From assembly GCA_963726455.1 (NCBI GenBank), contig CAVSCK010000004.1, forward strand, positions 192,001-256,000: DNA of 64,000 bases, given 5' to 3'. Of this stretch, positions 38,345-48,157 are shown piece after piece. Each line of letters begins with the position of its first letter. Position 1 is the first letter of the stretch. Under the pieces are notes generated by a model. The model was not told the origin of the DNA and searched no databases. It saw only the letters and a list, made by a program, of their open reading frames with translations. The translations under genes and the position numbers were made by a program. The DNA comes from an uncultured bacterium (GTDB taxonomy: Bacteria > Zixibacteria > MSB-5A5 > CAIYYT01).

Positions 38345-39250
38345 ATGTATAAGCTCCCGCAAATTTACTTGTTCTGTTCTTGGCTAGTCCTATGTACCCT
38401 TATTTTGACGACTGACACGACTTACGGTCAAGTAAGGCCGAACCTCAAGGTCTGGATGGAGACTCCGCTGACTCAGTACCCTTTTTGTGCGGACATTAAT
38501 CTTCACTTGTATGTTGTAAATACTGGTGCGACTCAGGCCCTTGTGCCCTTCGTTGACGAAACGACTCGACGCGAACTCAAGTTGGTGGTTCGAAACGACA
38601 GCGACTCTGCTCTGGAGTATGAGGGACTGTCAGACCCGATTCAGGCCGAACCCGTCCACTTGGCACCGGGTGACACTACCGTCTTTTCAATAAACATTGT
38701 TGACGGCTATGGAAGGGAAGCACATGGGCGAACGTATCCGATGTCGATACCGACGGGACTATACCAAGTCTCAGGAACGTTTCTTAAAGACTTTCCGTTG
38801 AGGCCGGTCACCTTCGAGGTGACTCCACTGACGAAGGACGAAGAAGTCATGCTTGCTAAATTCACCAAAGAATGGTACGCACCTGCGGATGGCGACCGAA
38901 ACTTGCGGCGGTCTCGTGAGATATTTCGAGCTTATTCCGGATCGCCCTTCTGCGCTCTCTTCGGGCGTCTTGTCTTTGATGAACAATCCAGCCAAAAAGT
39001 GTTCGCAGAGGAATTGCCGCTGGATGCGACCTTAGTCCTGGACAATTGCCCCAACGGATTTGCCACCGTGATGGCGTTTTCGATACTGCTTAGGTCGGGA
39101 GGTGACAATGTGTTTAGAAAGACGATGAGCGAGCATGCGTCGGTGCTAAAAAATACCTATGCTCGCCTTTGCCTCAAAGAAGTCCTCCGCCATCACAAGA
39201 AGATGTATCTTTACGACGAGGTGATAAAAGATGTGGCGAATAGTCATTAG
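38345..39250 (+). CDS. Hypothetical secreted protein (beta-sandwich N-terminus, helical C-terminus)
   Basis: Signal-like N-terminus; VVNTG...LAPGDT beta-sandwich-type motif. Confidence 0.6.
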   Translation: MYKLPQIYLFCSWLVLCTLILTTDTTYGQVRPNLKVWMETPLTQYPFCADINLHLYVVNTGATQALVPFVDETTRRELKLVVRNDSDSALEYEGLSDPIQAEPVHLAPGDTTVFSINIVDGYGREAHGRTYPMSIPTGLYQVSGTFLKDFPLRPVTFEVTPLTKDEEVMLAKFTKEWYAPADGDRNLRRSREIFRAYSGSPFCALFGRLVFDEQSSQKVFAEELPLDATLVLDNCPNGFATVMAFSILLRSGGDNVFRKTMSEHASVLKNTYARLCLKEVLRHHKKMYLYDEVIKDVANSH

Positions 39251-40085
39251 TGGGTTGCTGGCGCTGGGCGCTGTCAACGCCGCGGCCGATAGAATCCAGA
39301 GAAGCCGGTGCAGTTGCGCGTGTGGTTTGAGACGCTAAGTCGGATTATAAGCTCTGCGAGGAGGTATGGATATACTTGTTTATCGTGAACGATGGAGTCG
39401 AGTCGGCTAAGATACTATGGTCGACGTTGAGGACCGAGGGGCACTGAAACTTGACGCTCCATTCGTGAGGGCGGAAGAGTGCAACTATAGCGGGTTGAGC
39501 CAGGGCACGGAAAAACCAGATGTCGTTGTATCGCCACGTGACACGGTTATGTTTCCCTCAGTGTAGCGCCGGATACAAAGGGCGGGCGGAAGAACAAGTA
39601 TCATGGGATTCGTCATGTGCGAATTCTCCGTGAAAGCAACTTATGCGGCGATTCGAGACCAATAAGGTTTCGTTTCGAGTGCTTCCGCTGGATAAGGTGG
39701 AGGAGGCGATTGTGCTCGATTACGTCGACATTGTCACGCTGAGGTTTTCGCGGCAAAAGCGGTAGAAGAATATATGGGAGTATTGAACAGGTCAACCAAC
39801 GCCCGATCGCAGCCACTTGGCGAGTATCGATTGTTCTTGGCAATTCGTCTCCGCAAGCGATACCAGGGGCATTTAGAAATTCGTTCACCAAGAACCCAAA
39901 TTCACTGTATCGGCGACGGTGCAACTTACGTCGCGTTTTGTTACAGTGGACCAGATCGCTAGCCCGTCGCCGAAACGAAATCTTATTGGAACACGCAGAG
40001 CGTGCTCAGCAGAAGTACGTGCGATTTATGCTTTGGTTGGGAAGTCGCTGGGGAAGTCTTACCTCGTTACGGAGATAGCGACTGC
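39231..40085 (+). pseudogene. Multiply frameshifted tandem paralog of 38345-39250
   Basis: Fragments LRVWFET, LFIVNDG, YSGLS...VSPRDTVMF, VSFRVLPLDKVEE, ATYVAF, EHA...YVRFML, KSYLVTEI align in order with the upstream protein. Confidence 0.75.
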
Positions 40086-40533
40086 GAAATCACAGAATCC
40101 GGATTGCTTCGGTACTGGCAGCCGTTACGCTCTTTCCCGGGATGATCGCAATCCGAGCGTACAAGTCAAATCGACGAACTTAGCGAAACGAGGGGCCAGA
40201 CGCTCATTAGACCCGTGGACTCGGAGGTCATTGTTTGCCAGCTCAGGCACGGCTCAAACCTGCAACCCGGAGTTTGAAGATATTCTTGTCGTTTGAATAA
40301 AATTTTGGCTTTTATGGGAACATCGAATTCCCGAGTTTGTAAGAAGGATTGAATACAGCAAGCGCAGTTATGGTTTATGCCATCTTATCAGGCGGGAGTA
40401 AAAATTGGCTATGTCTCTGTTCGCTGACCACGTACTGAGTATGAGTGGAACAAGCGAAGCGGTTTCCGGTTGTAGAAATGGCCTCGTTTGGGAATTTGAG
40501 GCAAACCCGGTTTATGCTACATCAGGAGGTTGG

Positions 40534-40833
40534 ATGGTGACACGCGAGACTGTAATCGAGACATTGAAAGACTGTTACGATCCGGAAATTCCGGTTAATA
40601 TTGTTGACCTTGGGCTGGTGTATGACATTCGGATTGCGGATCACCGGTTGGAGGTTGATTTTACGGTGACGGCTCCGGGTTGTGGCATGGCGTATACGAT
40701 CAAGGATGAAATCCACGCCAGACTGAGCGCGTTGGACGGCAACAGCGATGTCGTCGTAAACATCGTCTGGGAACCGGCTTGGACGCCGGACCGCATGTCG
40801 GAAGATGCCAAAAAGGCGCTTGGTTTTGGGTAG
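40534..40833 (+). CDS. DUF59/SufT-like Fe-S cluster assembly protein
   Basis: DPEIPVNIVDLGLVY, TAPGCGM, VWEPAWTPDRMS; GGAGG SD. Confidence 0.9.
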   Translation: MVTRETVIETLKDCYDPEIPVNIVDLGLVYDIRIADHRLEVDFTVTAPGCGMAYTIKDEIHARLSALDGNSDVVVNIVWEPAWTPDRMSEDAKKALGFG

Positions 40834-40843
40834 AAAATAGGAC

Positions 40844-40872
40844 TTGACAAAGAAGGAGGCAAAGAGTAGATT
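40844..40872 (+). promoter_or_regulatory. Sigma70 promoter
   Basis: TTGACA-N17-TAGATT. Confidence 0.7.
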
Positions 40873-41054
40873 GATACTGAGTTCAGGGTGCCCTCTCCAC
40901 CCATCTATTTAACGTATCTTTTTGGTTAGAAACAACATAGGACCTTCCGGGAAATACCCGCGAGTGACTTGCTAAATTGACCATTTTGTTTTCTCAATTT
41001 ATGGGTAACATAGCAGTCTGTTTTAACCTTAGCCCTGTGAGGGGGTGATTTTGG

Positions 41055-41909
41055 ATGAAGCGTTCAATCGCTCTTGCTCTCGCACTTCTTATGCTCGTTG
41101 TTCCCGCGATGGTTATGGCGAAGGATGCCGGCAATCGTGACGTTTTCAGAGTAGGCAAGGCGGAGTTTAGCTCCCCCACCGAGTTTACGGTGCCTCTCCA
41201 AGTGATTCATGATGAGGATCTAGCGGCGATGGATATCCCGCTTACGTTCTCCAAGGGTGTTACTCTTGATAAGGTGACTTTCGAAGGTACCGCCGTGGCT
41301 GGTTTTGACGAGAAGATCGCCAAGATCGACAACGAGAAGAATCAGGTAGTGATCGGATTGATCGGCATGGTGTATTCCCTTAAACCGGAAGCCAACCTGA
41401 AGCCGGCGGCCAATGGTGACAACACCATTGCCGTACTGCATTTCACGCTGAATGACCAAAATCTCAAGTCGGTTGAGATTACGCCATTCACGAATGCAGC
41501 GCCGAAACACGAACTGATGTACGTTTATAACGAGTGGGCCAATGACGTTCCGCACGTGCAGACTCTGAACCCGGATTTCCAGGGCGGCAGTATCGCTCTT
41601 GAATCACGGGCTCCGGGCGCCAATCTTCCGACGGACTTCGATCTGTCGCAGAACGTACCCAACCCGTTCAACCCCAGCACGCAGATTCAGTTTGCGCTGC
41701 CCAAGGACGCGCAGGTCAATCTGTCCGTTTACAACGTACTCGGACAGCATGTCACGACTTTGGTCAATGACTTTATGCGCGCCGGCATGCAGACCGTTAC
41801 CTGGGACGGTACTGATGCCTCCGGTACAACCGTAGCCTCGGGCGTGTACTTCTACAAGCTTCGCGCCGGTGATTTCACCGATACGAAGAAGATGCTGCTG
41901 CTCAAGTAA
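41055..41909 (+). CDS. Secreted protein: cohesin-like domain + FlgD-Ig/T9SS type A C-terminal sorting domain
   Basis: Signal peptide; LSQNVPNPFNPST...YNVLGQ...WDG...SGVYFYKL...KKMLLLK. Confidence 0.8.
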   Translation: MKRSIALALALLMLVVPAMVMAKDAGNRDVFRVGKAEFSSPTEFTVPLQVIHDEDLAAMDIPLTFSKGVTLDKVTFEGTAVAGFDEKIAKIDNEKNQVVIGLIGMVYSLKPEANLKPAANGDNTIAVLHFTLNDQNLKSVEITPFTNAAPKHELMYVYNEWANDVPHVQTLNPDFQGGSIALESRAPGANLPTDFDLSQNVPNPFNPSTQIQFALPKDAQVNLSVYNVLGQHVTTLVNDFMRAGMQTVTWDGTDASGTTVASGVYFYKLRAGDFTDTKKMLLLK

Positions 41910-41962
41910 TTGGTGATTGTTTGAGTAAAGGCAGGAAGTCTTAGCGAGACTTAATTAAAACC

Positions 41963-41996
41963 AAGACGCCCCGTGGGAAAGCCCGCGGGGCGTTTT
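41963..41996. terminator. Probably bidirectional intrinsic terminator
   Basis: AAGACGCCCCGTGGG-AAAG-CCCGCGGGGCGTTTT between convergent genes. Confidence 0.8.
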
Positions 41997-42041
41997 AATT
42001 TGTGTGGTCTCTGATGGCCCGCAATCGAAGCTATGATCGAC

Positions 42042-42602
42042 CTACCAGAACCAGCCGATGTTGAAAGTCATCGAAAACACGTTCGACTGAAAGTGGTCGA
42101 AATTCTGAAATGACCATTGAGCCGAAGGCACCAACGCGAACTTGCGCATCAGGCGAAATTCCATGCCGGCGCCCAGCATTGCGCCAAATCCGGTCTCGGA
42201 ATACTTCTGGTTGTAGAAGAACCCGCCAACCTCGACGTCGGCACTGGCGAATCCGATTCCGCCCTTGATGAAGAATTTGGGCGATGGATAGTAAGTCAGG
42301 CAGGCGACGGTAGTAGAGATTGAACTCGTGACGTTGTCCTGTTGCTTCGTCCAGACGTTGGCATCAAGCCCGAGCAGCAGGTCACGCCGGAGCGCACCGC
42401 CGATAAAGAATACGCCGGCGCCGGAACCCTGCCGGTCAGTCGAAAGATTGGAGTTGTCGAAGTTGAGGCCAAGATTGCCATAGCCAAGACCGAAACCGAT
42501 ATAGAAACCGGTGTGGTCGGTCTTGGCGACTTTGGTGATGGCGGAAGCTGAGGCGCAAGACGCAATGATGAGCGCCAGAATCAATAACGTAGTTTTCCTC
42601 AT
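42042..42602 (-). CDS. Outer-membrane beta-barrel protein
   Basis: Signal peptide, GFYIGFGLG, FIKGGIG, C-terminal FNIGWFW; GAGGAGG SD. Confidence 0.75.
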   Translation of the reverse strand: MRKTTLLILALIIASCASASAITKVAKTDHTGFYIGFGLGYGNLGLNFDNSNLSTDRQGSGAGVFFIGGALRRDLLLGLDANVWTKQQDNVTSSISTTVACLTYYPSPKFFIKGGIGFASADVEVGGFFYNQKYSETGFGAMLGAGMEFRLMRKFALVPSAQWSFQNFDHFQSNVFSMTFNIGWFW

Positions 42603-42709
42603 AATGTCCTCCTCATGACGAACCAATCTAGACTCGTCAAATCCGGTGTGCAACAACTTGAAGTATCAGAAAATAAGGGTGATCTTTTCGCAGAATTCGC
42701 GTCTTGAGA

Positions 42710-44971
42710 CTAAGCAGTTTGCAGTGTCAATTCTTGCAGCGCGTGCTCCAGCAGCTTCAACACGTTCTTCTTGCCGTCGGGGCCGACCTCAATTTCGGGG
42801 CCGACACAGGCGGGGCAACCGGACTTGCAGGAGCATTCTTTAATCAGGTGTCCGGCGGCGCGGAAGACTTCAGGAGCGATACGAAACAGCTTGTTGGCAT
42901 AGCCGACACCACCGGGGGCGCTTTCGTAAATGTAGATTGTCGGCTGCTCGGTGAATGAAGACTTCACCTGCGAGATCGACCTGATGTCGCGCGGATCGCA
43001 CATCAACCAGAGGGGAGCAACTATGCCCAAGACGTTTGCCAAACCGCGTAGCGAGGCGCCCAGATTTTCATGTCCGAAGCCGAGTTGTTCGCCGATGTCC
43101 TCTGTGAATTGGTACCAGAACGCCGTCGTATGCATCTCGATTTCCGGCAGCGAGAGTTTGCCAGAACCCACGTTTTCGTGCGTGTCGAACTTGATTTTCT
43201 TGAAGAGCACGGTGACGTTGGTGATCGAGACCTCGCCCCAGTTCAACGGACCTTCGTCCTGAATGGTCTCGAGAACTTTCAGGTCGGCCTTGGTTTCGGC
43301 GTCGGTGTAGTAATCGACCTTGTCTTCCTTGACATAGGCCTTCTTGCCCTCCCAGTCGAGTTTCATGACCTGATATTGATCGCCGAGGTGAATATAGATC
43401 GCTTCCGGATGAATCAGCATGGGCGCGGCGAAATAGTCAACCTCGCCGATGACGCGATTATTGTCGGAGGTGTTCAGGATCACAAAGTTCTCAGGTGAGG
43501 CAGACCGTAACGAAACCTCTGTCGCCGGATAAATTTCAGAAGACCAGTGCCAGCGATCACCGGAAAAACGGAGAATTCCCTTGGATTGCAAGTACTCCAA
43601 AATCTCGTCGGTGGTTTCGACGCCGAATTTCTCGCCTTTCTGAAATGGCAGTTCAAACGCTGCGCATTTCAGGTGCGAGGTCAGAATCACGAAATTGCTC
43701 GGATCGATAATGCCCATTTCGGCAGGGGAACCGAAGAAGTAGTCCGGATTGTTGACGATATACTGATTAATCGCCGAACTGGAGGCGACCATAATCGAAA
43801 CGCTGATGCCGCCTTTACGGCCGGCGCGTCCGGCTTGCTGCCGTGTCGAAGCCACGGTTCCGGGATAGCCCGTGATGATCGAGACGTCAAGAGAACCGAT
43901 ATCGATTCCCAATTCCAGGGCGTTAGTGGCCACGACTGCCGTGACCGCCCCGGACTTTAGCCCCTGCTCGATAGCGCGCCGCTCGGTCGGCAGGTAGCCG
44001 CCGCGATAGCCCTCCACGCGTGCGTCTTTGCAGTCGCGCTTGAGATAAGTGAGAAGGATTTCAACCATCAGCCGATAGGGGGCGAAGACAATGGTTTGAA
44101 TCTTGTTGCCGATGAATCGCTGCGCGATGCGCCCGGCTTCTTTGAGCGAGGATTTGCGAATGCCAAGCTGTTGATTGATCACCGGCGGATTGTAGAAGAT
44201 GAAGTGTTTCTCGCCGGAAGGAGCGCCGTTCTTGTCGACGAGCGTCATGGGTCGGCCGGTGACCTGTTCGGCGAGTTCGCTGGGATTACGGATCGTTGCA
44301 GAACAGCAGATGAATTGCGGTGTCGAGCCATAGAATCGGCAAATGCGGTCAAGACGCCGGATGACGTTGGCAAGATGAGAGCCAAATACGCCGCGATAGG
44401 TGTGGACCTCATCGATGACGATGAACTTCAAATTCTCGAACAGCTTGATCCATTTAGTGTGGTGAGGAAGTATCCCCGCATGCAGCATGTCGGGATTGGT
44501 TACGACGATGTGTCCGGCCTTGCGAATCTTGCGCCGTACTTCGGCGGGCGTGTCGCCGTCGAAAGTGAAAGTATTGATGTCCAGCTTGAGATCTTCAATG
44601 ACGCCGTGCAGCTCGTGCATCTGATCCTGCGATAGCGCCTTGGTAGGGAAGAGGTAGAGCGCGCGCGTTTCCGGCTCGGCAATTGTTCTTGCCAGCACTG
44701 GAAGGTTGTAACAGAGAGTCTTGCCCGACGCGGTCGGAGTTACGACCGTAACGTTTTCGCCGCGCTGGACGGCATTGAACACTTCGGCCTGATGCGAATA
44801 GAGTTTGTGAATGCCGCGCTTATTCAGCGATTCGCGCAACAACGATGGGACAGTCGCAGGGAAATCAACGTAGACAGCAGGTTTCGGCGGATCGACATGC
44901 CACTCGGTGACGTTGCGCAGGAAGCTGTCGTCATTGCGAAGCTGATCGAGCACCTGCGAAACGGTCAGCAC
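42710..44971 (-). CDS. MrfA/YprA-like SF2 DEAH helicase with DUF1998 zinc domain
   Basis: LYSHQ, TPTASGKT, DEVH, SAT, ALELGIDIG, QQAGRAGR, C-terminal CSCKSGCPAC. Confidence 0.9.
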   Translation of the reverse strand: MLTVSQVLDQLRNDDSFLRNVTEWHVDPPKPAVYVDFPATVPSLLRESLNKRGIHKLYSHQAEVFNAVQRGENVTVVTPTASGKTLCYNLPVLARTIAEPETRALYLFPTKALSQDQMHELHGVIEDLKLDINTFTFDGDTPAEVRRKIRKAGHIVVTNPDMLHAGILPHHTKWIKLFENLKFIVIDEVHTYRGVFGSHLANVIRRLDRICRFYGSTPQFICCSATIRNPSELAEQVTGRPMTLVDKNGAPSGEKHFIFYNPPVINQQLGIRKSSLKEAGRIAQRFIGNKIQTIVFAPYRLMVEILLTYLKRDCKDARVEGYRGGYLPTERRAIEQGLKSGAVTAVVATNALELGIDIGSLDVSIITGYPGTVASTRQQAGRAGRKGGISVSIMVASSSAINQYIVNNPDYFFGSPAEMGIIDPSNFVILTSHLKCAAFELPFQKGEKFGVETTDEILEYLQSKGILRFSGDRWHWSSEIYPATEVSLRSASPENFVILNTSDNNRVIGEVDYFAAPMLIHPEAIYIHLGDQYQVMKLDWEGKKAYVKEDKVDYYTDAETKADLKVLETIQDEGPLNWGEVSITNVTVLFKKIKFDTHENVGSGKLSLPEIEMHTTAFWYQFTEDIGEQLGFGHENLGASLRGLANVLGIVAPLWLMCDPRDIRSISQVKSSFTEQPTIYIYESAPGGVGYANKLFRIAPEVFRAAGHLIKECSCKSGCPACVGPEIEVGPDGKKNVLKLLEHALQELTLQTA

Positions 44972-44972
44972 G

Positions 44973-45515
44973 TTACATTACCTTCATGTAGGTTCGGCGG
45001 CAGATGTCGCAGAATTTTTCCGATTTCTGGTCGATGTCAAACATGTCGTCGGAGTTGAACATCACGCATTTGGGATTGCGGCAGAATGGAATGGAAAAAA
45101 GCGCTCCCACCACGCGAGTAGCTTCCTTTACCAGCCGCCCATAGATCATTTTCTCGTCATCGGGAAGGCCGTAGAACTGCTGTTTGAGGTGATGTAACGA
45201 CACGAGCGCAGTGCCGCCGACGGCGTCGACGTCGGATACCAGCACATGATGGCGGGCGTTGTATATGTCGTCCTCGATGATGCCCAGGATTCTTTCTTTT
45301 TCGGTTGCCTTGAGCAACTCCATTTTTTGCAGAATCATAGTCGAGAAGTATTGGCCTTTGATCAGATCGTAGGCCTCGTTGGGAATCTTGATGCCCTGCA
45401 GAATGTCGACCGAATGACCAAAACGGCTGGACAGAGTGGTCGACAGCTTGTTAATCTGGAAGTAGTCGACATCTCCCAACGGTACGATCACTATTTTTGC
45501 GCGATGCCGTTTCAT
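44973..45515 (-). CDS. Archaemetzincin-fold protein lacking the catalytic HExxH motif
   Basis: GQY, RLVKEA, C-x4-C-V-M...DIDQK...FCDIC retained; HExxHxxGxxH replaced by RVVGALFSIPF. Confidence 0.75.
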   Translation of the reverse strand: MKRHRAKIVIVPLGDVDYFQINKLSTTLSSRFGHSVDILQGIKIPNEAYDLIKGQYFSTMILQKMELLKATEKERILGIIEDDIYNARHHVLVSDVDAVGGTALVSLHHLKQQFYGLPDDEKMIYGRLVKEATRVVGALFSIPFCRNPKCVMFNSDDMFDIDQKSEKFCDICRRTYMKVM

Positions 45516-45694
45516 CTTATTTCAAAAAACCTCGCGTCGATGCCATCCGGCGATATCTTTATTCTTATGGGCGCCGCACAACGAGGGCACCAGCCGACAA
45601 AGGCAGTCTTCTGTTTGTTCAGATAGATGCGGCTGTAGACCTTGCAGCACTTAAACATGACGCCGATAAAGGGCCTGTTGGTTTTCGGTTCCAT
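45512..45694 (-). CDS. Small Cys-rich (zinc-finger-like) protein, 60 aa
   Basis: FKCC.VY.RIY...CPRC; coupled to neighbours (1-nt gap and 4-nt overlap). Confidence 0.75.
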   Translation of the reverse strand: MEPKTNRPFIGVMFKCCKVYSRIYLNKQKTAFVGWCPRCAAPIRIKISPDGIDARFFEIR

Positions 45695-45695
45695 A

Positions 45696-47000
45696 TCACA
45701 ATCGTCTTAGAATCAGTCGTTCGGGCCTTGGTGGCTGATCGGAGAAAGTAAGACAATCCATGAAGTCGCGCTCGAATCCGGCCAACCTGGCTTTCTGCCT
45801 GCAATAGCCAATGGCCAAAGGTTCGCCCACCGCGATCTCATCACCAATCTTGGCCACTAACTCTATGCCTGCCAACGGGTCAACCCGATCAGACAGAGAC
45901 AGCCGGCCTGCTCCCAGACGTCCTGCCAGGAAGCCGAGCCGGTCAGTAGCCATGGCTGCAATGTATCCACCAGTCGGCGATTTGACAACCGATTTGTGGG
46001 CACGTTGAAGTAACTTGTCAGCAGTCTCCAGGGACGCAGTTGCTCCGCCGCAGCTTGAGACATAACGGCAGAAAGTCTCGTATGGTCTGCCTGATTTCAG
46101 TTCCTGACGAAGACTCCTTTTCCCAACCTTGGCGTCCTTTTCGATTCCAGCCAATGCGAGCATCTCGGATGCAAGATCCAAGGTAAGTGAGATAGTGTCG
46201 GCCGGTCCCGCGCCACGGAGTACATCGATGGTCTCTTTGATTTCCAGGAAATTGCCGATCATGTTACCGGTCGGCTGATTCATGTTCGAGATCACAGCGC
46301 GTGCCGGAAGGCCATTTCGTTTTGACACCGCCAGGAGCGCTTCGGCCAATTGGCGCGACCGCGGCAGTGTCTTCATGAAAGCGCCCGAGCCGGTTTTGAC
46401 GTCAAAGAGGATGCCGTTCGATTTGAGCGCGAGCTTTTTCGACATGATGCTCGCGACAATCAAAGGTATCGACTCGACCGTGCCGGTGGCGTCGCGGAGG
46501 GCATAGATCTTCTTGTCGGCAGGAGCGATTTTGTCGGTCTGGCCGGTGACAGCGAAATGGTGTTTCTTGAGTAATCGAGTGAATTCGGCACGGGAATGGA
46601 ATACCCTCATTCCGGGAATGGATTCCAGTTTGTCGAGCGTGCCGCCGGTGTGTCCGAGACCTCGACCGGAAAACATGCCGACAGCAACACCGCAATTCGC
46701 GAGGAGAGGCCCGATCGTAAGAGATAGTTTGTCGCCGACGCCGCCGGTGGAATGCTTATCCAACAGCGGTCGATCAAGGCCCGGAACACTGATAGTCTCG
46801 CCGGAATGAAGCATGGCGCCGGTTAGGGCAGAGGTTTCAGCGTCTGACAGCCCTCGGATAAAGGCCGCCATCAGGAATGCAGACATTTGGTAATCGGAGA
46901 TCTTGCCCCCGGTGTATTGCTTGACGAGTGAAGTGATTTCCTCGTCGGTCAGGTTCCCCCCATCACGTTTGGTGGCGATAAGTTCATAAGTACTCTTCAT
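45696..47000 (-). CDS. pdp: Pyrimidine-nucleoside/thymidine phosphorylase
   Basis: DKHSTGGVGDK, GRGLGHTGGTLDKLE, SIMSKK, GSGAFMK. Confidence 0.92.
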   Translation of the reverse strand: MKSTYELIATKRDGGNLTDEEITSLVKQYTGGKISDYQMSAFLMAAFIRGLSDAETSALTGAMLHSGETISVPGLDRPLLDKHSTGGVGDKLSLTIGPLLANCGVAVGMFSGRGLGHTGGTLDKLESIPGMRVFHSRAEFTRLLKKHHFAVTGQTDKIAPADKKIYALRDATGTVESIPLIVASIMSKKLALKSNGILFDVKTGSGAFMKTLPRSRQLAEALLAVSKRNGLPARAVISNMNQPTGNMIGNFLEIKETIDVLRGAGPADTISLTLDLASEMLALAGIEKDAKVGKRSLRQELKSGRPYETFCRYVSSCGGATASLETADKLLQRAHKSVVKSPTGGYIAAMATDRLGFLAGRLGAGRLSLSDRVDPLAGIELVAKIGDEIAVGEPLAIGYCRQKARLAGFERDFMDCLTFSDQPPRPERLILRRL

Positions 47001-47710
47001 TTTCGATTCAGTAGTTCCTCTATGATTTGTGCCCCTGAGGATGTGCCAATACGGGAGGCGCCTGCCTCGATAAAGGCGAGTGTTTGTTGGAGACTGCGAA
47101 TGCCGCCGGAGGCCTTGACGCCGATTTTGCGGCCGACAGTCTCGAATAGAAGCATGACGTCGGCGATAGTGGCCTGACCGAACATGCCGGTCGAGGTTTT
47201 CACGAAGTCGGCGCCGCAATCGACGCAAAGATTGGCGGCCTTGATCTTTTCGTCACGGGTCAAAAGCGAACATTCCAATATAACTTTCATCGTGGTGTTG
47301 TGGGATAGCGCCTTGCGAACACCGGCGATATCGCGCTCGACCAGGCCGTAGTCGCCCGACTTGATGGCGCCCACATTGGCTACCATGTCGATCTCATCGG
47401 CGCCATGATTTTCATTCTCCTGCGCCTCGTATATTTTGACCTCGGTGGTGGTCGCGCCGAGAGGGAATCCGGCAACGCTGCCTAGCTTCACATCCGTGCC
47501 GTCGAGAAAGTGACGGCTGTACTTGACATACGCCGGGTTGACAAAGACTGCTTTGTAGTGGTAGCGTACGGCTTCCTCGCAGAGCTTCTCGACATTCTCA
47601 GTGGTCGTTTCGGTCTTTAATAGTGCAGCGTCAAAGTAACTGGCAAGATCAATATCCCCCCTCATCCGGGAGTGGGATTTCTCCCGGTCTTTGTCATCAG
47701 GCACAAACAT
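46997..47710 (-). CDS. deoC: Deoxyribose-phosphate aldolase
   Basis: GFPLG, GADEIDMV, KVILE, FVKTSTG, KASGGIR, RIGTS. Confidence 0.95.
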   Translation of the reverse strand: MFVPDDKDREKSHSRMRGDIDLASYFDAALLKTETTTENVEKLCEEAVRYHYKAVFVNPAYVKYSRHFLDGTDVKLGSVAGFPLGATTTEVKIYEAQENENHGADEIDMVANVGAIKSGDYGLVERDIAGVRKALSHNTTMKVILECSLLTRDEKIKAANLCVDCGADFVKTSTGMFGQATIADVMLLFETVGRKIGVKASGGIRSLQQTLAFIEAGASRIGTSSGAQIIEELLNRK

Positions 47711-47760
47711 ACTCCTTCCGGCCCCGCTTCCTAAATTACGATTTCAAAGTCCGGCAGACA

Positions 47761-48150
47761 TCACTTTTTTGGAGCGAACGGTTTGGGGTAGAGTTTCTTG
47801 AGTGTCGTCTTGCTGATTTCACCCTTGTTGTTGACCAGTAGAATCTTAAGATCCGTACAGAATTCCGACAAGACCTGACGGCACGCCCCGCAGGGAGTGA
47901 TGTGATCTCCATTTGGCGAGGCCACGGCCAGCCGGGTAAATGATGTCTTGCCCTCGGCAACTGCGGTAAACACAGCGACTCTTTCCGCGCAGACGGTAAC
48001 GCCATACGAGCGATTTTCGATATTCGTTCCGGTAAAGACTTCATCATTGGCGATCAGTGCGGCGCCGACACGGAAGTGCGAATAGGGTGAGTGCGAATGT
48101 TCGGCAGCAGCCAGCGCAATTTGGGCGAGATCTTTGTCGGTTAGTTTCAT
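47761..48150 (-). CDS. cdd: Cytidine deaminase (tetrameric Cys-type)
   Basis: PYSHFRVGAA, NIEN, CAER, PCGACRQ. Confidence 0.95.
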   Translation of the reverse strand: MKLTDKDLAQIALAAAEHSHSPYSHFRVGAALIANDEVFTGTNIENRSYGVTVCAERVAVFTAVAEGKTSFTRLAVASPNGDHITPCGACRQVLSEFCTDLKILLVNNKGEISKTTLKKLYPKPFAPKK

Positions 48151-48157
48151 AGTTCAC

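Noticed and set aside
39774-40296. ORFs 39774-39962 and 39919-40296 as independent genes
   Set aside because: They contain fragments of the frameshifted paralog and run on into non-coding sequence
47001-47228. Arg-rich N-terminal extension of pdp in the ORF track
   Set aside because: Overlaps deoC in another frame; the real start is ATG 47000 overlapping the deoC stop
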